Source of the DNA: Spirochaetia bacterium
GTDB taxonomy: Bacteria > Spirochaetota > Spirochaetia > SZUA-6 > Bin103
Reading direction: 5' to 3'
Length of the DNA: 64,000 bases
NCBI GenBank assembly: GCA_965198005.1
Contig: CBDAOI010000004.1
Location: 128,001-192,000, forward strand
Shown: piece by piece, positions 10,939-21,599 of the stretch
How the letters are laid out: the number at the start of each line of letters is the position of its first letter
How positions within the stretch are numbered: the first letter of the stretch is position 1
Position numbers and translations under genes: made by a program
The notes under the pieces: model-generated
Seen by the model: the letters and a program-made list of their open reading frames with translations, nothing else
Database searches by the model: none
Told to the model about the DNA's origin: nothing

Positions 10939-11611
10939 AATAGGCAGATTGCCAGTAACCATTCAGCTCGGTGTCATGGCAATCGTAATCGGGCTCGTGA
11001 TAGCGCTGCCCGTCGGCATCTACTCGGCGATTCGGCAGGATACAGCCGCCGACCACGTGGGGCGCACCATCGCCATCATCGGCCTGGCAACGCCTAACTT
11101 CTGGCTGGGAACTATGGTCATGCTCTACCCGGCAATCTGGTGGGGCTGGTCGCCACCGATTGAACTGATTCCTTTCACGGAAGACCCGCTGGGCAATATT
11201 GGGATGTTCCTCATTCCCAGCCTGATTCTGGGGACGGCCTCGGCTGCAGCCACCATGCGGATGACGCGCACCATGATGCTGGAGGTGCTCAGGCAGGACT
11301 ATATCAGGACCGCCTGGGCCAAGGGTCTCAGGGAGCGGGTGGCCGTCATGCGGCACGCCATCAAGAACGCACTCATCCCGGTAGTTACCCTGGTAGGCCT
11401 GCAGTTGCCGATCCTGATAGGTGGCTCCGTTATCATGGAGAACATCTTCAACCTGCCGGGATTGGGTCGTCTCCTGCTGACTGCACTCGATACCAGAGAT
11501 TACCCGATGGTCTCCGGAGTAAACCTGGTCTTCGCCACCGCGGTGGTGCTGTTCAATCTCCTGATCGACCTGCTCTATTCCTATCTGGACCCGAGAGTGC
11601 GGTATGACTGA
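10939..11611 (+). pseudogene. DppB-family permease lacking its N-terminal third
   Basis: Begins at IGRLPVTIQLG; near-identical to 19930-20601. Confidence 0.88.
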
Positions 11612-12253
11612 CGCGCGGGGGCCGTTTGCCGATTTCTTCGGCAGGTTGTGGCGGGAGAAGCCCCTGGGCATCGCCAGCGGGATCGTCATCTTGATCCTGA
11701 TTCTGTTGGCGGTCTTTGCCGATGTTCTGGCCCCCTATCCCTTCGATCAACTGAACCTGGCAGACAGGCTGCAGGGTCCATCGACCCGCCATCTCCTGGG
11801 GACCGACCAGTTGGGCCGCGACCTGTTGAGCCGGCTGCTGTTCGGGGCGCGCATCTCGCTGGTCGTTGGTCTGGCGGCGACCACGCTGAACGTGGTGGTC
11901 GCCACCCTCATCGGCGGCACCTCCGGCTTCCTCGGGGGCAAGCTGGACCTGGCGGTGCAGCGCTTCGTCGATGCCTGGATGGCGTTCCCGGGACTACTGC
12001 TGTTGCTCACCATCATGTCGGTTGCGGGGCAGGGTCTGCCACAGATCATCGTGGTGCTGGGGATCGCCGGCGGGGTGGGCGGCTCGCGCGTGGTCAGAGG
12101 CGCGGTGGTGGCCACCAAGGGCAACGATTTTTTCTGGCCGCCCGGGCGGTGGGCGCGCCGACGCGACAGGTCCTGGTGCGCCATGTCCTGCCCAATATCG
12201 TGGCGCCGCTGATCATCGTCTTCAGCATCAACGTCGGCGGTGTCATCCTGGCC
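11604..12253 (+). pseudogene. DppC-family permease, frameshift in a T-run near 12130 and 3' deletion
   Basis: Near-identical to 20594-21244 with one T fewer in the run; ends at catcctggcc. Confidence 0.88.
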
Positions 12254-12284
12254 AGGATGCCTCGTCAGCAAGCCGCGCCTGGCG

Positions 12285-13910
12285 CTACATCCCCCAGACC
12301 GTGACCGGCACGCCAGCTCCCGCCGGGGTGCGGCGGAAGATCTTTTCCGCCCAGGTTCGGTCCGGCGCGCGGTCGAACACGATCAGGTGGCCCGCCTCCG
12401 CCCCGCAACGGTCGACGTAGCCGCGGGTCTGCTCCACCCCCTCGGCGATGGTCCGCTCCAACCCCTTGCGCAGCACCTTGCACTCCACCACGAAACGGCG
12501 CTCGCGCCCGCCCTGCGACCACACGATCAGCAGGTCGGTGCGCCCGCGCCCCAGCGCGTACTCCCGCTCGATCCGCCCGCCGCCGTTGACGATGCGCTGC
12601 AGGTGCGCCTGCAGCAGCAACTGCGGGCCGGCCTCGTGGTACCGCTCGAAGCGCTGTACCCAGTGCTCGGAGTGCTCGCGGAAGAACTCCTGGAACGCCG
12701 CGAGCAGCCCCTCAACGTCCAGCCCGCCGTCCGCACCCACGTACCACGCCATCTGCTGCGGCAGCGTCTCCTGCACCGCGTAGTTCAGATGGCGCGGCAC
12801 CACCTCGGCGTAGATCGGGTTGGCGATGCGCGGCGGGCCGCCGTCCGCCTGTGCCACCAGCCCCAGGTCGCGGACATAGGACAGGTCCTCGTCCGAGCAC
12901 GCGGTCTCCGCCGCACCGGTCAGAATCGGCTCCACCACGCGCCGCACGCGCTCCTCCTGCAGCTTGTGCGCCAGATCGTCGATATGCGTGTCGCGGCGCA
13001 GGATCAGCCGCTCCTGCGCCGCCAGGATGGCGTCCGCCGTGATCGGGCGCGCGCGCTCACGCCCCGGCTGGTGGCGGAAGCAGGCGTCGTAGCACAGCGC
13101 GTTCACCAGCCACGGCTGGCCGGCGGTGCGGGTCAGGATCAACGTCTGCGCCTCCGCCGTGAACGCCTGCCCGGTCGCCGTCGTGTGCTGCCCCAGCAGT
13201 GCCCGTATCTCGTCCTCCGAGAAGTCGCCCAGGCGCAGCGAGTCGGCCTTGATGTTGAAGGCGCTGCCGCCGAGCACCAGCCGGTTCTCGGCGGTCGAGT
13301 GGATGCGGTAGTCGCGCACGTCACGCACCCCGCACAGGATGATGCTGTGCGGGAACCGTGCCGGGCGGTCGACGTAGCCGGTGCGCAACTGCCGCAGCAC
13401 GGCCAGCAGGGTGTCGCCCACCAGCGCGTCGATCTCATCGATCAGCAGCACCAACGGCCGCGGATCGGCCATGCTCCAGCGCGCCAGTGCCTGGCGCAAT
13501 GCCTTGCCGGGCCCCACGCGCTCCAGCACCCCCGGCCAGAGGTCCTCCAGGGTGTCATCGCCCAGCGTCAGGCTCGCCTGGAACGCCAGTTCGGCCAGCA
13601 CCGTGCGCATGCCCTCGGCCACGTTCTCGCGCATCGCCTGGCCATCCTCGACGTTGGCGTACACGCAACGGAAGTCGCCCTGCGCGCCGCCGTTCAGCAG
13701 ATCGCGCAGGGCCAGCAGCGCCGAGGTCTTGCCGGTCTGTCGCGGCGCGTGCAGCACGAAGTACTTCTTGTCTCGGATCAAGCCGAGCACCGCGTCGAGA
13801 TCGACCCGTTCCAGTGGTGGGATGTGGTAGTGGTCCGCGGCCACAACGGGCCCCTCCGTGTTGAACTTGCGCACGATCACCATGGTCGCAGAGTACGGCG
13901 CGGTTGTCAT
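12285..13910 (-). CDS. AAA-like P-loop ATPase with C-terminal PD-(D/E)xK-like domain, copy 1
   Basis: HAPRQTGKTS Walker A, LLIDEID Walker B, EREYALGRGRTDLLI...VVECK. Confidence 0.88.
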   Translation of the reverse strand: MTTAPYSATMVIVRKFNTEGPVVAADHYHIPPLERVDLDAVLGLIRDKKYFVLHAPRQTGKTSALLALRDLLNGGAQGDFRCVYANVEDGQAMRENVAEGMRTVLAELAFQASLTLGDDTLEDLWPGVLERVGPGKALRQALARWSMADPRPLVLLIDEIDALVGDTLLAVLRQLRTGYVDRPARFPHSIILCGVRDVRDYRIHSTAENRLVLGGSAFNIKADSLRLGDFSEDEIRALLGQHTTATGQAFTAEAQTLILTRTAGQPWLVNALCYDACFRHQPGRERARPITADAILAAQERLILRRDTHIDDLAHKLQEERVRRVVEPILTGAAETACSDEDLSYVRDLGLVAQADGGPPRIANPIYAEVVPRHLNYAVQETLPQQMAWYVGADGGLDVEGLLAAFQEFFREHSEHWVQRFERYHEAGPQLLLQAHLQRIVNGGGRIEREYALGRGRTDLLIVWSQGGRERRFVVECKVLRKGLERTIAEGVEQTRGYVDRCGAEAGHLIVFDRAPDRTWAEKIFRRTPAGAGVPVTVWGM

Positions 13911-14810
13911 CCTCGCGACCGGCGCCGACGGTGAAGCGAATCAGGTCGCAGCGGACTTCATGCCTGGTGGCGGCCGCGCGGTGCGCTTGAGGCGGGAGCA
14001 CGCAGGTCAGCGAGCGACAACGCCGGCGTCGCCGAACCGAGCACCGGCAGGCCGAGCGGCCGAGCGGCCCGAGCAGTTGACAGGGTTGCCGCGCGCATGC
14101 GAGAGTGCAGCGCTCGGGGATTGACCGATGGGGATGAGGCGCCATAATGACAGTCAGCGCAAGTGGCCGGTTGGCGGTGACGCCGCACCCGACCATTCCT
14201 TCAACAATTTCGCCCTCCGGGCCCTTTTTGGTTTGATCTCCGCGGGAAACGCGGTTATAGTGGGGAGGTGCAGTCAACCGGCGCCACACATATGCATCGT
14301 TGCGTCTCAACTTCGGAGGGTTCGGGTGACCTATAACAAGTTAACGCTTATGGCCTACCCCCCCCCCGGCCTCGCGCGCGACTTTTCGAACCGAGAAAAA
14401 CAACTAACCGCTCCGGCTGATCGCCCCGTACGCGAAAGCGCGCACGCCGTCGCCTTCACCACCGTCGTCGCTATCCGTGGCGCCGGCTCGGTCCATCGCC
14501 GAACCGGCATGCAGACCGCCCGCGCCCTTGCCGCCGACTCAGGCCGTCCCGGATCCCAGGATCCCAGGATCCCCGCCTGCTACTGGCTGCCGGCCAAACC
14601 CACCCCCGGCGTTGCCGGTCAATCACATTCGTTGCTCGGCCGACTCCATCAGTCCACACCAACCGGCTTTGCCGGCAGCAAGCAGCAGATGGGTCACGTG
14701 CACCACCGCCACCGGGCGTGTCGGCGCGCATGCATGCCTTTCGGTGCGGCGCGCGTCAAAGGAGGCCCGGGATAGAGGACTAACGCAAAGACCGAGCGGC
14801 TGCGGCCGCT

Positions 14811-14892
14811 AAGGGTGTCGCCCTCGCTCGACGAGAGTGCGCTCGCTCGCGAGCGTTGCGAGGGGCCGGCAGTGGAATCAGTGCTCTCAAAC
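14811..14892 (+). promoter_or_regulatory. Leader class II, copy A: conserved structured 5' UTR
   Basis: Highly similar to 26066-26155; lies directly before the RBS (ggagg) of the binding-protein gene. Confidence 0.6.
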
Positions 14893-14916
14893 GATTATTT
14901 TTGGAGGTCTATCTCT

Positions 14917-16755
14917 ATGAGACAGACAATTTTCTTTAAGACGGGGCTCGCAGTACTGTGTGGCCTCATCCTGACCGCAACCGGCCTGTGGGCCGCCGCT
15001 GCCAGCGAAGAGGAGCCGGCAGCGGCGATGGAGAAGGAAATGGTGCGCGACCCAGCCACCGGCATGATGGTGACCGCACCGGAGTATGGCGGGACATTGA
15101 CCATTGCCAAGTGCTGTGTCTTTCCTCCGACTGCTGACCCGTATTTTTCCACGTCGTGGGCCCTCCACAGCCTGCTCCACGGTGTTCTAGAGTCGCTAAG
15201 CATTGGCAACTGGGCAATAGATAGGGACGAATTTGACTGGTCAAGTTATGCCGATCCTCTATTTGGCAAAAGAGGGGCGCTGGCGGAAAGCTGGGATATT
15301 TCCGAGGACGGCCTCACCTACACCATCCACATCCGCCAGGGCGTTCACTTCCACGATAAGCCACCGGTGAACGGCCGGGAGATGACTGCCAATGATGTAG
15401 AATATACCTTTCACCGCAATCTTGCTATGGGCGAATTCTCCGAAGCCGAACCTACCCCCGGCGTCCTCAGTTGGGATGGGTGGGATACGATGCCGATTGA
15501 ATCGATAACAGCAACCGACAAATGGACGGTTGTTTTTAAGCTGACGCGGCCAGACCCCCGTGCGCTGCGGGGTATCATCTCCCCCGTAGTTCACTATATT
15601 ATTTCCCCGGAGGTAATCGAGGAATACGGAGACATGAAGGATTGGAGGAACGTGGTCGGCACCGGACCCTGGATGCTGACTGACCTTGTCGAGGGCAGCT
15701 CTCTAACCCTTACCAAGAATCCCAACTACTGGGGTTATGACGAAAAATACCCGGGGAACCGCTTGCCCTATGTTGACGAGCTTAGCGTCAAGGTTATGCC
15801 AGAACCAGCAACACGAATTGCGGCACTGCGCTCGGGTAAGATCGATTACGTCGGCGCCGTGCTCAACCATCCTCCGACGCTCAACAGTATCGACAAGGTG
15901 GAGAGCTTGAAGCGGACCAACCCCGAAATCGTGATATTCGAGCATATTGTACGGACGTCTAGTTTTGGCATGAACACGCAGAGGGCGCCCTTTGATGACA
16001 TCCGGGTACGCAAGGCCATGCAGATGGCACTGGACCTTGAGACACTTCACTATACCTACTTCAAAGGGTGGGGAACGTGGGGACCTCAGGGACTGATTGC
16101 CAACGATGTCCCAGTGGCTGGCACCCCATTTGAAGAGTGGCCCGAAGAGGTCAAGAAAGGCTATATGTATGACCCGGCAGGGGCCGAGAAGCTCCTTGAT
16201 GAGGCGGGGTATCCGCGCGGGGCCGACGGCATCAGGTTCAAGGCCTCATTGGTCTGGTTTGACCAGCAAGATCTGAGCCATATAGAATTACTAGCCGCTA
16301 CATACTATCGTGACATTGGCGTTGATATAGAGATTGAGCCAGTGCCAGGTCCGGAGTTGACGCCTAGAAAGAAAGCTAGAGATTGGGACATGATGCATGG
16401 CATAATGGCCGACACGGGGACGTGGCCGCCTTGGAACGCCATGGCTCAGTACAAGACTAGTGCTATTGGTAACTGGGCCAACGTGAACGATCCGGCTTAT
16501 GACGCCATGTTGGCAGCCGCCGAAAAGGTAAGCACGGAAGAAGAGCAACTGCTTTTGGTGAAAGAGCTGAATATGTACGCAACAGAGAGGCACTGGACCG
16601 TATTTGCTGGTACTGTAATACCGTGGACGAGCGTGATCCAGCCGTGGGTCAAAGGTTATAACGGAGAATTGAAACTGGCAAGTCGCGAATTTGAATATAC
16701 CATCGCCGCGCGCCTCTGGATCGACCAGGAGCTGAAGGAGTCGATGGGATTCTGA
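14917..16755 (+). CDS. ABC transporter family-5 solute-binding protein, intact
   Basis: Signal peptide, PEYGGTL, LAESWDIS, GTGPW, FDDIRVRKAMQMALD; RBS ggagg upstream of ATG 14917. Confidence 0.93.
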   Translation: MRQTIFFKTGLAVLCGLILTATGLWAAAASEEEPAAAMEKEMVRDPATGMMVTAPEYGGTLTIAKCCVFPPTADPYFSTSWALHSLLHGVLESLSIGNWAIDRDEFDWSSYADPLFGKRGALAESWDISEDGLTYTIHIRQGVHFHDKPPVNGREMTANDVEYTFHRNLAMGEFSEAEPTPGVLSWDGWDTMPIESITATDKWTVVFKLTRPDPRALRGIISPVVHYIISPEVIEEYGDMKDWRNVVGTGPWMLTDLVEGSSLTLTKNPNYWGYDEKYPGNRLPYVDELSVKVMPEPATRIAALRSGKIDYVGAVLNHPPTLNSIDKVESLKRTNPEIVIFEHIVRTSSFGMNTQRAPFDDIRVRKAMQMALDLETLHYTYFKGWGTWGPQGLIANDVPVAGTPFEEWPEEVKKGYMYDPAGAEKLLDEAGYPRGADGIRFKASLVWFDQQDLSHIELLAATYYRDIGVDIEIEPVPGPELTPRKKARDWDMMHGIMADTGTWPPWNAMAQYKTSAIGNWANVNDPAYDAMLAAAEKVSTEEEQLLLVKELNMYATERHWTVFAGTVIPWTSVIQPWVKGYNGELKLASREFEYTIAARLWIDQELKESMGF

Positions 16756-17044
16756 GGAAACCGCCTCCGGCGGTTTCCATTGCAGCTGGGCTGTGCCCAG
16801 CTGCGCCGCAACGCCTGCGGCGTTGTTACGGCAGCAGCGCTACGCGCGGTCTCTGAGCCAGCGGCTTCACCGTTGGCTTCGCGAGTTCGCCGTAGGCGAC
16901 TTGCAGCCGGGTGCGCGCCTAGCGGCGCGAGCCGCGAGCGTTTTCGCGGTCGTTCTGGCTGCATAGAAGGGCGCCGGGAGAACGGTTCCGGGCCGCTTCC
17001 GAGCGCCGCTTCCCGGCGCCCATTTACCACGATATGGTGCGGCC

Positions 17045-18009
17045 ATCGAGATTGACCGTGAAGCTATTGTGCGTTACCTGGGGCTAGACGCGCCTGTGCA
17101 CGTGCAGTATGGACGCTGGATGGGAGTGTTGCCGACCCCTGACCCGGTTACCGGTGAGTCCCACTTTAGAGGGGTTCTGCAAGGGACGCTTGGCGAATCA
17201 TGGATGTTTGGCGGTTTCTCGATAGAGGAGAGGATACTCGGTAGATTGCCGCTCACCATCGAGCTCGGTGTCATCGCAATCGTAATCGGGCTGCTGATAG
17301 CGCTGCCGGTCGGCATCTACTCGGCGATTCGCCAGGATACGGCTGCCGACTACGCGGGGCGCACCATCGCCATCATTGGCCTGGCCACGCCCAACTTCTG
17401 GCTGGCACTTATGGTCATGATCTACCCGGCAATCTGGTGGGGCTGGGCGCCGCCGATGGACTGGGTTCCTTTCACCGAGGATCCGCTGGGGAATCTCGGG
17501 GTGCTCATCATTCCCAGCCTGATTCTGGGGACGGCCATGGCTGCCGGCACGATGCGGTTGACGCGCACCATGATGCTGGGGGTGCTCAGGCAAGACTACA
17601 TCAGGACGGCCTGGTCATAGTGGGGCGGGGTGTGCCACAGATAATACTGGTCCTGGGGATCGCAGGAGGCATCGGCGGCTCGAGAGTGTTGAGAGGCGCC
17701 GTGATCGACATCAAGGAGAATGTGTATTTCGAGGCCGCAGACGCGATTGGCAGCTCAAAATGGAGAGCGTTGGGCTTCCTCGGATACGGCCTGCCGTTCA
17801 CGATTCCTGAGTGGGGAGGTCTGCTCAGCCGGGAAGGGCGTGAGTTCATGGAGATAGCGCCACGGCTGGCTCTCTGGCCCGGTCTTGCCCTGACTATCAC
17901 CGTTTACTGTCTCAACATGTTCGGCGATGCGCTGCGCGACCTGCTCGACCCGAGGCTGAGGGGCGCTGGTGGTGGTCTCGGCGCCGGAGCCGCCGGGTCG
18001 GTTCAATAG
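17045..18009 (+). pseudogene. dppB (5' and 3' deleted) fused to dppC fragments
   Basis: DppB core in 17069..17620, then IVGRGVPQII...KENVYFEAA...GDALRDLLDPRLRG of DppC. Confidence 0.85.
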
Positions 18010-18288
18010 AGCCAGTGGTACGATCGCTCTTAGCGACGGCGTAAGTATATTACTACAGATCACGTAGCGCACCTATAACCGGCGGGGCTCTCTGGTCGCA
18101 GCGGAAGGAGGTCCACGAGCGGTCGCCCTTGGCCGTCCGGCACGTTAGGACATGATGGTCAACAAGTCGCCACCCTCAGAGGGGCCGAGGTACGGGGAGG
18201 CGGTCGCGCCCACCCCTACCGCTGAGAAAGTGATTGATCGTGACAGTCTTACTGAGTACTATTTGTTGCTAGCAAGTTGGAGGTCAGC

Positions 18289-18537
18289 ATGGCGAGAAAC
18301 ACCAGCGTGACACTGGGGGACCACTTCACCAACTTCGTGGACCAGCAGCTCCAGCAAGGCCGGTTCAACAACGTGAGCGAAGTCGTACGTGCGGGTCTGC
18401 GCCTGCTGGAGGACGAAGAGACGAAACGGCGTGCGTTGCGGGCGGCACTGCTGGCAGGCGAGGCCAGCGGACCAGCAATTCCGTTCGACTGGGATGAGTT
18501 CATCGCACGCAAGCGGGCTGAGCAACACACCAGTTGA
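18289..18537 (+). CDS. parD: ParD-like (CC2985-type ribbon-helix-helix) antitoxin
   Basis: MARNTSVTLGDHF...GRFNNVSEVVRAGLRLLE...GEASG; RBS ggagg. Confidence 0.88.
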   Translation: MARNTSVTLGDHFTNFVDQQLQQGRFNNVSEVVRAGLRLLEDEETKRRALRAALLAGEASGPAIPFDWDEFIARKRAEQHTS

Positions 18538-19492
18538 GAGTCCTCTACCGACCGGCCGCGCTCGACGACCTGGAACAGATCTCAATTTTCGCAGCACTAC
18601 GCTCAGGCAAGCTTGATATGCGATGGCGGGCTCTGTCCCTGGACTCGGTAGAGAGCCTGCGGCAGACCAACCCCGAAATCGTGGCGCACCCGATTTGGTT
18701 TCGGTCGAGTGATTCTTTTGCTCCTGACGTGCGCGTGCCGCCCTTTAACGACATCAACGTGCGTCGCGCAATGCAGCTGGCACTGGACAACGAGACTGCG
18801 GCGGCTTCGTACTGGAAGGGCCAGGCAAATGCGACACCTCAGGGGCTGGTAGGGGTGAAAGGGTATTACATCCCCTTCGAGCAGTGGGACGACGAGGTCA
18901 AGCAATACTACCGATATGACCCGGAAGCTGCCGAGAAGCTCCTTGATGAGGCCGGATACCCTCGAGGCGCCGACGGCACTAGATTCCAGACCGTCTTGAA
19001 TACAGCGGCTTTTGCAAGCTTAGACTTTGCCGAAATCGCTGCCGCCTACTGGGCTGAGATTGGTGTGGATGTTAAGATTGACGTACTTACCGCCCCCGAA
19101 TTTGTCAGAGGATGCGCCCCCCCAGTGATTTGGAAGGCATGTCCGGTGCCACTGCGGGTAGCACCGACAACCCTGTCACGGTGTTTGACGATTTTCACTC
19201 GGATTCAGAGGTAAACCGCGGCGGAGTCCAGGACCCTGAGTACGACGCCATGGTTGACGCCGCCCTAGGCGCTACCAGCATTGAGGAGCAGAAGAGGCTG
19301 ATTGCAGAAGTAGATATGTACGCGATCGAGAAGCACTGGCATATATTTGGTCCCAAAAGTCCAGTGTACATATTGGCCCAGCCGTGGGTCAAAGGCTATA
19401 ACGGTGAACTTAGCGTGAACAAATGGGAAGACTGGCTCATTTTTGCCAACCTCTGGATTGATAGTGAGATGAAGGAAGCAATGGGTTATTAG
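18534..19492 (+). pseudogene. First ~16 codons of a ParE toxin fused in frame to the C-terminal half of a solute-binding protein (frameshift near 19110)
   Basis: RVLYRPAALDDLEQI (identical to 36862 onward) followed by AALRSGKLD...LWIDSEMKEAMGY. Confidence 0.85.
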
Positions 19493-19590
19493 GGGCTGAG
19501 CTCAGGGAAAAAGGGAGCTGGGGGGTTCAGGCTTCCCAGCTTCCACACTTACGGCAGCGTTATGTCCGCAAGCGCAATAAGGTGCGCCAC

Positions 19591-20601
19591 ATGAGTGCCT
19601 ATATCATCAGGCGTTTATTGCTGATAATCCCTACCTTGTCCATATTGACGATCATGGTCTTTCTCGCGGTCCGCTTCATCCCCGGCGATGTCATAGACGT
19701 AATGGTGGCCAGGATGATAGAACAAGGTGCCGACGGCGGGGAGATTGACCGCGAAGTTCTTGAGCGTAGGCTGGGATTGGATGTGCCTGTGCACGTGCAG
19801 TATGGACGCTGGATCGGAGTGTTTCCAACCCGTGACTTTATTACCGGTGAGTCCCGTTTCAAGGGTCTCCTCCAGGGCGCCCTTGGCCAGTCACTGTGGG
19901 GCGCCCATTTCTCGGTGGAGGAGAAGATAATAGGCAGATTCCCAGTGACCATTCAGCTCGGTGTCATGGCAATCGTAATCGGGCTCGTGATAGCGCTGCC
20001 CGTCGGCATCTACTCGGCGATTCGCCAGGATACCGCCGCCGACTACGCTGGGCGCTCCGTCGCCATCATCGGCCTGGCAACGCCCAACTTCTGGCTGGGA
20101 ACCATGGTCATGCTCTACCCGGGAATCTGGTGGGGCTGGTCGCCACCGATTGAGATGATTCCTTTCACGGAAGACCCGCTGGGCAATATTGGGATGTTCC
20201 TCATTCCCAGCCTGATTCTGGGGACGGCCTCGGCTGCAGCCACCATGCGGATGACCCGCACCATGATGCTGGAGGTGCTCAGGCAAGACTATATCAGGAC
20301 GGCCTGGGCCAAGGGTCTCAGGGAGCGGGTGGTCGTCATGCGGCACGCCATCAAGAACGCACTCATCCCGGTGGTGACGCTGATCGGCCTGCAGTTGCCG
20401 ATCCTGATAGGTGGCTCCGTCATCATGGAGAACATCTTCAGCCTGCCGGGATTGGGTCGTCTCCTGCTGACTGCACTCGATACCAGAGATTACCCGATGG
20501 TCTCCGGAGCAAACCTGGTCTTCGCCACCGCGGTGGTGCTGTTCAATCTCCTGATCGACCTGCTCTATTCCTATCTGGACCCGAGAGTGCGGTATGAATG
20601 A
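19591..20601 (+). CDS. DppB/OppB-family permease
   Basis: Complete ORF with all family motifs. Confidence 0.93.
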   Translation: MSAYIIRRLLLIIPTLSILTIMVFLAVRFIPGDVIDVMVARMIEQGADGGEIDREVLERRLGLDVPVHVQYGRWIGVFPTRDFITGESRFKGLLQGALGQSLWGAHFSVEEKIIGRFPVTIQLGVMAIVIGLVIALPVGIYSAIRQDTAADYAGRSVAIIGLATPNFWLGTMVMLYPGIWWGWSPPIEMIPFTEDPLGNIGMFLIPSLILGTASAAATMRMTRTMMLEVLRQDYIRTAWAKGLRERVVVMRHAIKNALIPVVTLIGLQLPILIGGSVIMENIFSLPGLGRLLLTALDTRDYPMVSGANLVFATAVVLFNLLIDLLYSYLDPRVRYE

Positions 20602-21490
20602 CGCGCGGGGGCCATTCGCCGATTTCTTCGGCAGGTTGTGGCGGCAGAAGCCGCTGGGCATCGCCAGCGGGATCGTCATCCTGATCCTGGTTCTGTTGGC
20701 GATCTTCGCCGATGCTTTGGCCCCCTATCCCTTCGATCAACTGAACCTGGCAGACCGGCTGCAGGGTCCATCGACCCGCCATCTGCTGGGGACCGACCAG
20801 TTGGGCCGCGACCTGTTGAGCCGGCTGCTGTTCGGGGCACGGATCTCGCTGGTCGTTGGTCTGGCGGCGACCACGCTGAACGTGGTGGTCGCCACCCTGA
20901 TCGGCGGCACGTCCGGTTTCCTCGGGGGTAAGCTGGACCTGGCGGTGCAGCGCTTCGTCGATGCCTGGATGGCGTTCCCGGGACTGCTGCTGTTGCTCAC
21001 GATCATGTCGGTCGCGGGGCAGGGTCTGCCACAGATCATCGTGGTGCTGGGGATCGCCGGCGGGGTGGGCGGCTCGCGCGTGGTCAGAGGCGCGGTGGTG
21101 GCCACCAAGGGCAACGATTTTTTTCTGGCCGCCCGGGCGGTGGGCGCGCCGACGCGACAGGTCCTGGTGCGCCACGTCCTGCCCAATATCGTGGCGCCCC
21201 TCATCATCGTCTTCAGCATCAACGTCGGCGGCGTCATCCTGGCCGAGGCCAGCTTGAGCTTTCTCGGCTTCGGGCTGCCGATCAAGGTCCCGAGCTGGGG
21301 CGGGATGCTGAGCCGGGAGGGGCGGCGGTTCATGGAGCAGGCGCCGTGGCTGGCGCTGTGGCCCGGGCTGTGCCTGACGATCGTGGTGTACAGTTTCAAC
21401 ATGCTGGGCGATGCCATGCGGGACTTACTCGATCCGCGGCTGCGCGGCGGCGGGGGGCGTCTGGCTGCCGGCGGCGCCACGTCGGTCTGA
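20594..21490 (+). CDS. DppC/OppC-family permease
   Basis: GTDQLGRD, RHVLPN, EASLSFLGFG, PSWGGML, GDAMRDLLDPR. Confidence 0.93.
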   Translation: MNDARGPFADFFGRLWRQKPLGIASGIVILILVLLAIFADALAPYPFDQLNLADRLQGPSTRHLLGTDQLGRDLLSRLLFGARISLVVGLAATTLNVVVATLIGGTSGFLGGKLDLAVQRFVDAWMAFPGLLLLLTIMSVAGQGLPQIIVVLGIAGGVGGSRVVRGAVVATKGNDFFLAARAVGAPTRQVLVRHVLPNIVAPLIIVFSINVGGVILAEASLSFLGFGLPIKVPSWGGMLSREGRRFMEQAPWLALWPGLCLTIVVYSFNMLGDAMRDLLDPRLRGGGGRLAAGGATSV

Positions 21491-21599
21491 CGCACCCCAT
21501 GCGGCCAGGGAAGTTTCGGCGCCGCGGGAAAACGCTAACGCTTACCCGTTGAAGGGGAGAGCATCCTGGCCAGGATGCCTCGTCAGCAAGCCGCGCCTG

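Noticed and set aside
12240-13934. Long + strand ORFs (564 aa here, 551 aa at 30121..31776) and similar antisense ORFs
   Set aside because: Shadows of real genes on the opposite strand, typical of high-GC DNA
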